A DNA stretch of 64,000 nucleotides from Candidatus Latescibacterota bacterium (GTDB lineage: Bacteria > Latescibacterota > UBA2968 > GCA-2709665): NCBI GenBank assembly GCA_965237675.1, contig OZ250150.1, forward strand, positions 4,608,001 through 4,672,000, in the 5' to 3' direction. Under the pieces are notes generated by a model. It saw only the letters and a program-made list of their open reading frames with translations. It searched no databases and had not been told where the DNA came from. Position 1 is the stretch's first letter; every line of letters starts with the position of its first letter. The translations under genes and the position numbers were made by a program. Positions 10,218 to 20,175 of this stretch are shown here, one piece after another.

Positions 10218-12635
10218 TCATTCATGTCGCAGAACATCTACCGGATTGGCGCGAGCGGCTCTGCCGGCTTGCCAACCGACGGTCAACAGCGCCATGCCGA
10301 GCGCCAACGCGCCGGCAAGCGCAAAAGTCCACCAGCCGACGTCGACCCGATAGGCGAAGTTCTGCAGCCAGGTCTCCGCGCCGAAAAACGCGACAGGCCA
10401 TGCGATGACGATGGCAATGATCACCAATACGACGAAGTCTCTGGATACAAGGGCAACGACGCTGGTAACGGATGCGCCGAGAACTTTCCGAATACCGATT
10501 TCCCTGTTGCGCCTCTCAACGGTAAATGATGCGAGACCAAATAATCCGAGAAGGGCGACCAGGATCGCCAGTCCCGAAAATGCGCCGAAGACGCGCATCA
10601 ATCGAGTCTCGTCCTTATATAGCTGATCGAAGTCAAAATATGTGTCCAGAAACGTATAGCGAAAATGTACCGAGAGTGCCAATTCAGCGCATTTCTCCCG
10701 CAGGAACGATACAGCAGCAGGAAAAGTACCGGGGCGCAGTTTTACGACGAGATCTGGAGCATGCCAGACAAATCCTGGATCCATATTGAGGCGCAACGCC
10801 AATGGTACGATATTGTGGTGCAGCGACCGGATATGGAAATCTTGCACAATACCCACAATCGTGCCATTCGATTCGACTAAGTCTCCCCAATTCATATGCA
10901 CCTTCTGACCGGTCGTTGTTCCAATTCCCATAACCCGCGCGGCCGATTCGTTTAATATGACTCCGTCATAGGACCGGCTGGCGAAAATGGACCTGAAATT
11001 CTGCCCGGCGATCAGTTCAATTCCTAACGTCTCCAGGTAATCCTGATCGATATACATCGTGTTGATTTCCGTCGGTCTGCCTTCAGGCGCGTCCATCAGT
11101 TTATACGTGCCTTGACTCCAAATGTCGTTACCTGGCACATGAGTTGCAAGAGACACGCTGAGTATATTCGGGTTTCGCTTCAGTTCGTTCTTTATGGTCC
11201 GGACGCGGAGCTCTACGGAACGCACGTCATCGTCGATTCCCGGTGTATCGATTACAACTACATCCCGCTTATCAAAGCCCAGACTCTTGTATCTGGTGAA
11301 ATGCAACTGCCTCATCACCACGACTGTTGCGCCGATCAGACCGATGGAGATTACAAATTGGAAGACTATAAGGCCTTTGCGAAATCCTGCGCTCCTGGGC
11401 GTGGATCTTGACAGGTCCTTCAACATCGCAATGGGGCTGACATGCGATAGGAAAAATGCCGGATAGCTCCCTGCCAACATGCCGACAACCAATGCCCCTG
11501 CGCTTAGCGTACAAAGAAAGCGTCCGCTGTAGCTGATCGCCAGGGACCTGCCGACGGCAGCATTCAGGAACGGAAGAAACATCTCTGCAAGCATTACGGC
11601 AGCGGCAAAAGCGAGAACGGCGATAAAAACAGCTTCGCCCAGGAATTGCCGGATCAGTTGCCGTCGGTTTGCCCCTACGACTTTGCGCAGACCCACTTCC
11701 CGTGCCCGGTTTGCTGAGCGCGCGGTCGCCAGATTCATATAGTTCGCGCAGGCGATCAGCAGGACGAGAATTCCGACCGAACCAAACAGGTACAGTTCCT
11801 TTATGTCGCGATTGGCTCCAAGCTCCCACTCCAGATGAGAATGCAAATGGATATCCGTAAGAGGCGTAAGCCGGATTGGTATAGCGGCGCGTGAGGTGGA
11901 CTCGTCGCCAGCATCGTTCGGTGTGAACTGATGTGGCAGCCAGTCACGAATTTTGTCTGCCAATTCACCATGAAATGCCTTCTCGCCGAGGAGAAGATAG
12001 GTGTAGGCGAATCCGGACTCCCAATCACCGAAGGGCATGGCTGCATAAGAAACCAGTCCCTGAAAGGTAAAATGGGAATGACGGGGCAGGTCGCCCAGTA
12101 CGCCTGTGACCCGTACCGTCTTCTCAATTGGATATCCTGCGTTTACTTTCAGTGACTTTCCCATGGGGTCAGCGTCGCCGAAGTAGCGTTTCGCCATGTC
12201 CTGGGAGATCACAATCGCATCGGGCGGGGCGAGCGCAGTACCTGGATCGCCCAAAACAAGCGAAAACGAGAACAGATCGAAAAAACTGGGGGAAGCGTAG
12301 AGCAGTTCTTCCTCGAAGAATTTCCGATCCTGATATGCCACCGGGGTTTCTGTTTCTGACACGCGCGCAATGCGGACGGCATGTTCAACTTCGGGAAAAT
12401 CCGCAACGAGCTTTGGGCCGAGATGCGCAAATGTCCATGCATAATTCCAAACTGAGAACCTATAGATACGGTCGGCGTACTGGTGAAATCGGTCGTATTG
12501 CAGTTCATCCACAATCAACAGCCCGATCATCAGACAGCACGCAATCCCCACCGCAAGGCCGGCAAGATTGATGGCCGAATAGAGTTTATAACGACGCATA
12601 TTGCGAATGGTGATGAGCAGCAGGTTACGGAACAT
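10218..12635 (-). CDS. MacB/FtsX-like ABC transporter permease (duplicated FtsX domains)
   Basis: INLAGLAVG, PLTDIHLHS, LIACANYMNL, REVGLRKVVGA, REIGIRKVLGAS, ANPVDVLRHE. Confidence 0.95.
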   Translation of the reverse strand: MFRNLLLITIRNMRRYKLYSAINLAGLAVGIACCLMIGLLIVDELQYDRFHQYADRIYRFSVWNYAWTFAHLGPKLVADFPEVEHAVRIARVSETETPVAYQDRKFFEEELLYASPSFFDLFSFSLVLGDPGTALAPPDAIVISQDMAKRYFGDADPMGKSLKVNAGYPIEKTVRVTGVLGDLPRHSHFTFQGLVSYAAMPFGDWESGFAYTYLLLGEKAFHGELADKIRDWLPHQFTPNDAGDESTSRAAIPIRLTPLTDIHLHSHLEWELGANRDIKELYLFGSVGILVLLIACANYMNLATARSANRAREVGLRKVVGANRRQLIRQFLGEAVFIAVLAFAAAVMLAEMFLPFLNAAVGRSLAISYSGRFLCTLSAGALVVGMLAGSYPAFFLSHVSPIAMLKDLSRSTPRSAGFRKGLIVFQFVISIGLIGATVVVMRQLHFTRYKSLGFDKRDVVVIDTPGIDDDVRSVELRVRTIKNELKRNPNILSVSLATHVPGNDIWSQGTYKLMDAPEGRPTEINTMYIDQDYLETLGIELIAGQNFRSIFASRSYDGVILNESAARVMGIGTTTGQKVHMNWGDLVESNGTIVGIVQDFHIRSLHHNIVPLALRLNMDPGFVWHAPDLVVKLRPGTFPAAVSFLREKCAELALSVHFRYTFLDTYFDFDQLYKDETRLMRVFGAFSGLAILVALLGLFGLASFTVERRNREIGIRKVLGASVTSVVALVSRDFVVLVIIAIVIAWPVAFFGAETWLQNFAYRVDVGWWTFALAGALALGMALLTVGWQAGRAARANPVDVLRHE

Positions 12636-12712
12636 GACTTGCGTCCCAGTTTGATCTGCTTGGCGACCCCGAGGATTGACAGATACAGTAAACGATAGAT
12701 TAATCCAGAACA

Positions 12713-12829
12713 ATCAAAAACCGTGCCAAATTACGATGTACATATTTTTCAGGGAGTTATACAGTGGGGAGGAAGTCGGAACAGCCGAGCAGTGTTCGTT
12801 TTTGATACAGTGATGTTCGAAAACGGACA
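12713..12829 (-). promoter_or_regulatory. sigma54-type promoter with enhancer-like palindromes (copy 2)
   Basis: Minus strand TGGCACGGTTTTTGAT; TGTTCGTTTTTGATACA and TGTTCGAAAACGGACA upstream. Confidence 0.65.
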
Positions 12830-13042
12830 TTCGGGATGTGTCGCGGAGGGCTTGCAGGAGATGGATGCCACGGTGCGTGTTCAGGGAACGTGGGCGTATT
12901 CGGCCGCTGAGTTCAATCCGGTCCTCAAGACGAGGCTTGTCTAGAGTCGATTGGCGCCAGTTAGTGACTTCGAATGTTACAGTAGGAGCGAAGGATCGCT
13001 CCTGATATTCCGGGGACGCCGGAATCCGGTGGGCTGAACATC

Positions 13043-14146
13043 CTATATCAGACCGAGGTCCTCATAGATGGCGCTGTTCGTCTCTCTATTGCGGACCTGG
13101 TGAGCATTTTCTTCAGGGGTGCCGTTGAAAATGCACACGACAACCAGGCTCGCATCGGGATCCACGAAGGCGATCGACGACTGGTATCCTGCATTGCCAA
13201 ATGCACGGGGAGATGCGTAGCGCCCGGACCCGTAGGGAACCGACTCTTTGCCGTATATGTTCGAGTTGACATAGAATCCCAGACCCATGTCCACGATATG
13301 ACCCAGGACTTCGTCCTTCATGCCGGTTCGATGGCGGGCGGTGATCGCTTCAACGGTCTGGGGAAGAAGAAGCCTCTTACCTTTGAACCGGCCCTTCCCG
13401 AGCAGCATCTCGTAGAAACGACCCAATTCCCTCGCTGGTCCCCTTCCGCTGCCGCCAGGCACACATTGCCTGATCGTCCGTTGCAGATCGACGCTGTAGT
13501 GCGACGGCTCGGGCGCGCCGGCAGCGGTATTGTACATCAACCCGATCCGGTCCTTCTTCGCCTCATACGTCGATGAATTCATCGAGAGGCGGCAGTTGGG
13601 CATATTGAGCGAATCGAAAATCCCCTGGTGGACGTAACTGTCGAAGGCCCTGCCACTCTTGCGTGACACGACTTCGCCGAGCACGAACCAGGCATTCCCC
13701 ACGTCATATCGCGCCCGCCTGCCCGGCAACCAGTCGTCTCGCAGGGGTGCATCGCAGATACCGGCGACGATTTCGTCCCATGAAGATTCCGACCAGGCGA
13801 CGTCGACGGGTCCGATTCCACCGGTATGCGCCAACAGATGCCGAAACGTCAAACGCGCTTTACCGCCGGCGCCAAATTCCGGCAGGTGGGAACAGACAGG
13901 ATCGTCAATATCGATCTGACCCTTCTCCCAGACCTGAGCGATGGCAACCGCAGTGATGCCCTTCGTCAATGACATCCATACGGTTATCGTATCACTCGTC
14001 ATCGCCCTGGTTGTCGTCGCATTCCCCACAGCCACGTCTGCAACGGCACTGCCATCAATAGACACGTAGAGCTGGGCACCCGGATGGAGCCCTTCCCTGA
14101 CGCCTGTTTGAAGCAGATCAACGGTCCGTGTCAGCGATACGTCCAT
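13043..14146 (-). CDS. serine hydrolase, beta-lactamase class C/esterase family
   Basis: SLTK (SxxK), LLAHTGG, PGRRARY, ARELGRF. Confidence 0.9.
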   Translation of the reverse strand: MDVSLTRTVDLLQTGVREGLHPGAQLYVSIDGSAVADVAVGNATTTRAMTSDTITVWMSLTKGITAVAIAQVWEKGQIDIDDPVCSHLPEFGAGGKARLTFRHLLAHTGGIGPVDVAWSESSWDEIVAGICDAPLRDDWLPGRRARYDVGNAWFVLGEVVSRKSGRAFDSYVHQGIFDSLNMPNCRLSMNSSTYEAKKDRIGLMYNTAAGAPEPSHYSVDLQRTIRQCVPGGSGRGPARELGRFYEMLLGKGRFKGKRLLLPQTVEAITARHRTGMKDEVLGHIVDMGLGFYVNSNIYGKESVPYGSGRYASPRAFGNAGYQSSIAFVDPDASLVVVCIFNGTPEENAHQVRNRETNSAIYEDLGLI

Positions 14147-14175
14147 CGGCTATCTCTGTCTTCCCTCGCTACAGA

Positions 14176-16080
14176 TCAAGACCGATGCAGGTCCGGGTCC
14201 TTCACGGCCTCGTAGATCACCCCGCCCTCGACGTTGCGCGGCATGGGCGCCCCCGTGAGGTAGCAGACCGTGGGCGCCACGTCGATGACGCGCACCTGGC
14301 GCTCGAGGCGCCCCCCCGAGCGCACACCGGCGCCGGCGGCGATGAAGGTCGAGTGCTGGCCGGCCATGCCGAAGGTCACCGAGGGCAGCTGCTTGCCGTG
14401 GGCGCCGTCGAACTCCGGGCGCAGGGCATAGACCACGTCGCCCACGCGGTCCGACCACAGGTTCACCATCTCCGCGTCCTCACGGGTGAGGGCGAGGGCG
14501 AAGGGCCGTCCTCCCGTCTCCGGGTCCTCGTAGTCGTGCAGCGCCTGGATGATCTCCTGGCAGACGGCGTCGTAGTCCGCGGGATCGACGATGCCGCCGG
14601 GCTCCCGGCCCTTCAGGTTCACGAAGATGTGCACCAGTCCCACGTCCGCCGCCCGCGTGCGCGTCCAGTCGATACGCCGGTTGGGGCCGCGGCCCTCGTA
14701 TTTCAGGAACCCTGCCTGCTCCAGCACCCCGGCCACGTTGACGACGGTGTGCTGCTGGGAGGTGCCGCCGTGGTCGGAAACCACGAAGAGGGTGGTGTCG
14801 TCGCCGGCCAGTTGGCGCAGCCGGCCGATCCAGCGGTCGATGGAGGCGTAGGTGCGCTCCACCCCTTCGCGGCAGCGCCGCTGCACCGCCGGCGGGGCCC
14901 CGGAGTGGGGATCGGCGGCGCGCAGGAAGAAATGGCTGGTGTAGTCCGAGGCGTGGGTCTCCGTCATCAGCAAGTCCCAGTCCCCGGAGCCGGCGAGGTG
15001 TTCGGCCACGTCGGCCAGGCGCTGGTGGTGGAACTCAAGCAGTTCGAAGTAGGTGTCGTCGTCGATAAGGCCGAGGGCGTCGCGGCCCGGGTTCTGCAGG
15101 AAGTTGCCCACGTGCCGGTCGATCTCGCGGGCCACGGAGGCGGGCTTCGTGTAGCCGTCGGGCGGCCAGATCTGGGGGATGAAGAGCTCGAAGGCGTCGG
15201 CCTCGGGCGTCAGCGTGATCAGCTTGGCCCGCACGTACCCACGCACCTTCCGGCCGTCGATCTCGAAGCGGTCCAGCCACCAGTCGCTCCACTCCCCCAC
15301 CCCCAGGTCGGCCAGCGGCCGGGCGGCGTCCTTCGACCGGCAGAGGCGCACCCGGTCGTAGCCGCCGGAGCCGCTGGCGTAGATCAGGGCGTGCAGCGGC
15401 ACGGGGGTGCCCTCCCGGCCCCGGTTCATGCCCTCGCGTCCCCTCGCCAGGGGCTGGATGGTGAGGACCGCCTCCTTCGGCGGTCGCCTGGATTCGGGCG
15501 CTCCGGTCCAACCCCGGGCGTCGACCAGGGTCACGGGATCGAACTCGCGCACCCCCTGCAGGGCGCTCGGGTCCAGGGTCTCCGGGTCGCGCTGGGCCTC
15601 AAGCCGCCTCGGCGCCCACTTGCCGCCCACGAAGAGGTGATAGCCGGCCACCTGGTGGTGGTTGGAGACGCCGGGGCCGGTGCCCTCCACCTGCACCCCC
15701 GAGCGCACCGTGGGCGGCCACGACATCTCCCACTTCACCAGGATCGGCTTCCGGCCGCCGCGCTCGAAGGCGTTCCAGATGTACTCCGAACGCGACAGGG
15801 AGGTGTCGATGCCCCAGAGCGTTCGGTCCAGGGGCTCGCCCACGTGGCGGATGTTGAAGTCCAGGATCCCGTGGGTGCCCGGCCACGAGCCGGTGGACAA
15901 GGCCGTCCAGCCAGGCGGCGTAAGGGTTGGGAAGACGCCGACCATGGGCCGCCAGACGCCCGCCTTCATCAGGGCGCGCACGTTAGGCATGTGGCCGGCG
16001 TCGGCCATGTTCTTCACCAGCTCCATGCTGGCGCCGTCCATACCAGCGACGATGGCGCGCCGGGCGGGAGCCGTACTCAT
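14176..16080 (-). CDS. alkaline phosphatase superfamily / type I phosphodiesterase-nucleotide pyrophosphatase
   Basis: GMDGA, PTLTPPGWTALSTG, THGI, VVSDHG, DVAPT; visibly more GC-rich than its neighbours. Confidence 0.9.
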   Translation of the reverse strand: MSTAPARRAIVAGMDGASMELVKNMADAGHMPNVRALMKAGVWRPMVGVFPTLTPPGWTALSTGSWPGTHGILDFNIRHVGEPLDRTLWGIDTSLSRSEYIWNAFERGGRKPILVKWEMSWPPTVRSGVQVEGTGPGVSNHHQVAGYHLFVGGKWAPRRLEAQRDPETLDPSALQGVREFDPVTLVDARGWTGAPESRRPPKEAVLTIQPLARGREGMNRGREGTPVPLHALIYASGSGGYDRVRLCRSKDAARPLADLGVGEWSDWWLDRFEIDGRKVRGYVRAKLITLTPEADAFELFIPQIWPPDGYTKPASVAREIDRHVGNFLQNPGRDALGLIDDDTYFELLEFHHQRLADVAEHLAGSGDWDLLMTETHASDYTSHFFLRAADPHSGAPPAVQRRCREGVERTYASIDRWIGRLRQLAGDDTTLFVVSDHGGTSQQHTVVNVAGVLEQAGFLKYEGRGPNRRIDWTRTRAADVGLVHIFVNLKGREPGGIVDPADYDAVCQEIIQALHDYEDPETGGRPFALALTREDAEMVNLWSDRVGDVVYALRPEFDGAHGKQLPSVTFGMAGQHSTFIAAGAGVRSGGRLERQVRVIDVAPTVCYLTGAPMPRNVEGGVIYEAVKDPDLHRS

Positions 16081-16153
16081 GGGATCTCTCCTGGGTTGTA
16101 AGTGAAGGGGAACCTGGCGCCGGAACCGCCACCGTCCGGGGCCGGTAGAGCCT

Positions 16154-17224
16154 TTATGGAAGACGTGGTATGACTTCGTTAGCCATCAACGCCATCGAGC
16201 GCTTCATCTTCGCCTTGTCATCCCAGTCGTGGCCGATCATCAGCAACGTGCCAAAACCGCCGGTGACGTCGTACAGCTCCTGCAGGCGTCTGGTCACGGT
16301 ATCGGGATCGCCGACGATGGCAATCTCATCGATGATGTATGGGCGCGTAACGTCCGCATCGGACATCTCCGGGTTCATCTTCGGCAGATCCAGCATATTG
16401 GCGATTTCGAGCATGCCGCGAAGGTACACGAGCGAGTCGGCGAAGGCGCCGCCGAGGGCGTGCTCGCGAGCCTGGGCATCGGTCTCGCCGACGTAGATGC
16501 TGCGCGAAATTCGCCAGTCGCCCCGGTCCGGTTCGCGCCGCCCCCCTTCCGCAGCCCCCTCGCAGTACATCTCCCAATGCCGTTTCACCTTGTGCGCCGG
16601 CGCCATATTGATGCTGATCGGCAGGAACCCGCGCTTGCCGGCTGTGGTGGCCGCCATTGATTCTTCCTTGACGATGCTCATGGCGATGGGTGGATGGGGC
16701 TTCTGATACGGCTTCAACACCTCCCCCAACCCGAGCTCCGGGACTTTCTCAGCCATCGCGACGTTCCAGAAATCCCCATTGAACTCGAACGGGCCGTCTT
16801 CGGTCCACAGTTTCAGGACGATGTCCATCGCCTCAAGGTTCATCAGCCCCTGGGTGCGCGGATCCGGCAGATCGAACAGCGGCCAGTCGGTAGGTACGCC
16901 CCCCTGCCCGAAGCCGACGTTGATGCGCCCTCGGGACAGGTGATCGAGATAGGCGAGGCGGACCGCCACGTTCGCCGGGTGATGCTGCGTCATAATGGTG
17001 ACCCCCGTACCCAGACGGATCCTCTCAGTCTGCGGCAGGACGTGGGCGATGAACAGGTCGTTGGCGGGAATCGGCTCCCACATCGCGGTATGGTGCTGGC
17101 CGATCCAGGCCTCGGTGAATCCGTGCTCCTCGGCCCACAGCACGCACTCGATATCTTCTTCGAATGTCTGGGTGCGATTCTTTTGCGGCGGATGCAGCGG
17201 CATCATGAACATTCCGAGTTTCAT
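16154..17224 (-). CDS. LLM-class flavin-dependent (luciferase-like) monooxygenase
   Basis: MKLGMFMMPLHPP, AWIGQHH, IRLGTGV, LDHLSRGR, KPYQKPHPP. Confidence 0.92.
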   Translation of the reverse strand: MKLGMFMMPLHPPQKNRTQTFEEDIECVLWAEEHGFTEAWIGQHHTAMWEPIPANDLFIAHVLPQTERIRLGTGVTIMTQHHPANVAVRLAYLDHLSRGRINVGFGQGGVPTDWPLFDLPDPRTQGLMNLEAMDIVLKLWTEDGPFEFNGDFWNVAMAEKVPELGLGEVLKPYQKPHPPIAMSIVKEESMAATTAGKRGFLPISINMAPAHKVKRHWEMYCEGAAEGGRREPDRGDWRISRSIYVGETDAQAREHALGGAFADSLVYLRGMLEIANMLDLPKMNPEMSDADVTRPYIIDEIAIVGDPDTVTRRLQELYDVTGGFGTLLMIGHDWDDKAKMKRSMALMANEVIPRLP

Positions 17225-17344
17225 TTTTTCGTTCTCCCAAACAGCTGAAACCAATTGTCTGTTGACATCCTCTTCTTCGTTCACCGCCTGCTACTTCGGG
17301 TAGGGCACAGACCTCTTATTGCTTAATTTGGCCGGTCTCCCGAC

Positions 17345-18238
17345 TCACTGATTATCCTCACCCACAATGTCATTTCCCTTCGTTCTCAGACTCTCGAACA
17401 CAGCGGCGGACAGGATGATCAGGCCGCCGATGATTTCCCTGCTGGATGGAATGGCAGCCAGGAAGATCACTGCAATAATCACACCGTAGACTGTCTCCAG
17501 CGCCAGGGTAATCCCGACAACTTTCCCGGAAAGGTGACGCTGGCTGTTGACGAAGAGAATCCGTGCAAATCCCGTCAGCACCACCCCCAGCACCACCACG
17601 AGAAGAATGTCCCTGGTACCGGGCATTTCGAAGAGGGTTTCATCGTAAAGCATGAATGGAAGAAGCAGCAGGCCGGCGATGCCCATTTCATAGGCCGAGA
17701 TGTCCCAGCTATTGTATTTGTCGATAATGCGTTTCTTCCGCAGCAGGATGATGAACGGGAGCATCGCCCCGGAGGCAACGCCGTAGATGACCCCCTGAAA
17801 ATTCGCATCGGACAGATCGAAACCCGGCGCCAGGCAGTAGACCCCGATCAATACCGCGACCGCGCTGGCGAAGTCAACGGCTCGCAGTCTGACGTTGAAG
17901 AAAATGCTCTCCAGAAACACCATGAGAACCGGATAGGTATACGTCGTCACCAGACCGATTGCGACCGTCGAGACCTTGATTGACTGAAAGAAGAGTACCC
18001 AGTGGACTGAAAGCAGGACCGCGATGGCCGCAAACGTCGCCAGATCGCTCCAACTCCTGACGTATGTGTGGCTTTTTAGCCGTACAGCGACCGCGAAAAT
18101 GACGATCGCTGCCAGAGACGTCCTCCAGAAGACGATTTGGTACGGGTCGAGGTCGACTGCCTTTCCGAAGGGCGCGATGAATCCATACAGGAGGGTCGCA
18201 ACATGCACCTCCACAAGCGCCCGGGACCTATCTGTCAT
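17345..18238 (-). CDS. DMT/EamA family transporter
   Basis: About 10 hydrophobic segments; HWVLFFQSIKVSTVA; ALETVYG. Confidence 0.9.
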   Translation of the reverse strand: MTDRSRALVEVHVATLLYGFIAPFGKAVDLDPYQIVFWRTSLAAIVIFAVAVRLKSHTYVRSWSDLATFAAIAVLLSVHWVLFFQSIKVSTVAIGLVTTYTYPVLMVFLESIFFNVRLRAVDFASAVAVLIGVYCLAPGFDLSDANFQGVIYGVASGAMLPFIILLRKKRIIDKYNSWDISAYEMGIAGLLLLPFMLYDETLFEMPGTRDILLVVVLGVVLTGFARILFVNSQRHLSGKVVGITLALETVYGVIIAVIFLAAIPSSREIIGGLIILSAAVFESLRTKGNDIVGEDNQ

Positions 18239-18491
18239 CGGTTGGCCTCGATGGCGGCCGAGGACGGTGATGATTGCGCGGCATTCCTATGCAATCTCCG
18301 GTTGAAAGGTCTGGTTCGCATGGACCGAAAAGTATCGGAATTAGTAAACCGAGAGAAAATAGACGCCTGAATGCACGTAACAGGTGAGATCAGAATACCA
18401 GTCACTTTTAATCCTACCGAACACGGCTTCGCGTTTTTCAGCCGCAACCAGACAGGTGGAAATGAACGCACGAGCCCGATTGACGGTGCAG

Positions 18492-18594
18492 TTACTCCCC
18501 CCTTTAGGGGGAGTCGCAGAAGCCGATCCGGTCCCTGAGCTTGCGGTCCCTGAGCCTGTCGAAGGCCCGGCGACGGCTGATGCGGTGGGGGGAT
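18492..18594. repeat. composite palindromic repeat with nested REP-like unit (copy 2)
   Basis: Near-copy of 4878-5002 with a different nested insert. Confidence 0.8.
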
Positions 18595-18794
18595 TTCAAC
18601 GCCTTACCTTATGCGAGCTGCCCAAAAAGACATGAACGCATTCTGCGTAGAAGCCTTAATGAAAGACTCTAACTTCGATCCAGGAAGTTCGAAGATCCCA
18701 GAAATGCCGCTGGCTGGTATATTCTTGACTTGGAATGGGTCTTTGTCGTTATTTTGAGTGTGCCAAAATAAACGAATAGACAAGGAGAGTGGCG

Positions 18795-19028
18795 ATGGCT
18801 GAAACATCTATCGTAAATGACCTGGAAGAAAAGATCGGTCGTCTGACTCTGGATGAGCAACTGCAACTGATTGAAAGAGTGAGTCACCGAATTCGAGCTG
18901 ATGTGATTTCGAATACTGACATAGATGCTCAATTGAGTAAAATGGCCGCCGATCCTGAAATTCAAAAGGAACTCCGGGAAATCGAGAACGAATTCTCCCC
19001 GACAGAGGGCGATGGGTTGGATGATTGA
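18795..19028 (+). CDS. putative antitoxin (non-AbrB, acidic C-terminus)
   Basis: RBS AAGGAG; stop overlaps the MazF-type toxin start (TGATG); MAADPEIQKELREIENEF. Confidence 0.7.
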   Translation: MAETSIVNDLEEKIGRLTLDEQLQLIERVSHRIRADVISNTDIDAQLSKMAADPEIQKELREIENEFSPTEGDGLDD

Positions 19029-19375
19029 TGGCCATTGAACGAGGTGAAATATACTTCGTCAACCTTAATCCGGTGACGGGGCGAGAGCAGTCGGGTCGCC
19101 GTCCGGTACTGGTTCTGTCTATAGATGCAATAAATCGATTGCCACTTGTGGTGACCGTTGTTGTTGGTACAAGGGGCACCAACATTACTAAAGATTATCC
19201 CACAAACATCCGGCTGAGGCCAGCAGAAACGGGCCTGGATATGGAAACAGTTTTCCTGGGTTTTCAAGTGCGATCATTGGATTCAAGACGTTTTCCCGAT
19301 GATGCAGCTGGGCGAGTTTCCGGAGCAACCCTGAATAAAGTGGAAGACGTCGTCAGGTATAGTCTCGGCTTGTAG
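19028..19375 (+). CDS. mazF: PemK/MazF family toxin
   Basis: RGEIYFVNLNPVTGREQSGRRPVLVLS; FQVRSLD. Confidence 0.9.
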   Translation: MAIERGEIYFVNLNPVTGREQSGRRPVLVLSIDAINRLPLVVTVVVGTRGTNITKDYPTNIRLRPAETGLDMETVFLGFQVRSLDSRRFPDDAAGRVSGATLNKVEDVVRYSLGL

Positions 19376-19459
19376 GCGTTTGAATTCAACTTTGGCTCGT
19401 CAGTATGCCGCGGGTTTGCTGCAATGTCCAAGTGCAATCACCGTTCACTCCTGATTTAT

Positions 19460-20119
19460 TCACGTATAAATCCCAATCGTCACCCGGCGCACCTTCACCG
19501 ACGCCTCCCCATCCGTGACCAGCGCCGTCCGGATAGCCGGAGCCAGCACATGTCCGGCCGGAAAGCCTTCCGGCCAGCAGGACACGTAAGAATATCCCAG
19601 ATGCGCCTGGGCGGTCTTTGTTTCGCAATTGACAATGACCCCCAGGTCCAGGTCTTCGATCACGGTCCCGCCGTCGAGGATCTGTCCGTCGTTACCCTCG
19701 GCGAAGAGCGTCCTCTTCCCTTCCGAAGACCCGTCCCGCAGCAGTAGCCGCACGCGGCCTGCCTGTGCCACGCCGGCATCGATGGGAACCGCTTCCAGCT
19801 GAATCCCGGCAGCGCCATCATTCGGCGATACAAGCCCCAGGCTCAACTCCGACGGTCCGTCCACGGTCACACCGATCGCCTCCAACTCCATCACCTTCAC
19901 CACGGATGTACTCAGTGGGGATCCGGTCAGCGTCACGCCGTCGCCGGTCTTTCCCCTGGCGATCATGGCATAGTGGCTACCGTAGGGATCGGTATAGTCA
20001 TACGTTGAGGCCGTAGACGATCCGGTCAGCGATTCCGTCATCCACGCCGGCAGGCCGTGCGTGAAATTGACCTCTTCGACCTCCGCGTGATACGTCGTTC
20101 GCAACAACCTTCGGTTCAT
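19460..20119 (-). CDS. hypothetical protein (beta-rich)
   Basis: Open frame of ~220 aa, co-oriented 56 bp after 20176..21087. Confidence 0.6.
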   Translation of the reverse strand: MNRRLLRTTYHAEVEEVNFTHGLPAWMTESLTGSSTASTYDYTDPYGSHYAMIARGKTGDGVTLTGSPLSTSVVKVMELEAIGVTVDGPSELSLGLVSPNDGAAGIQLEAVPIDAGVAQAGRVRLLLRDGSSEGKRTLFAEGNDGQILDGGTVIEDLDLGVIVNCETKTAQAHLGYSYVSCWPEGFPAGHVLAPAIRTALVTDGEASVKVRRVTIGIYT

Positions 20120-20175
20120 GTTTCTTTCCCCCGGCATCCAATCGTTCGATTCAAATCAGTCCTGATGCACGTTGT

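Noticed and set aside
9915-10221. Short ORFs between the two permease copies
   Set aside because: Two competing frames with no motif; neither can be supported
14128-16101. 657-aa plus-strand ORF
   Set aside because: Antisense shadow of the GC-rich phosphodiesterase gene; no motifs of its own
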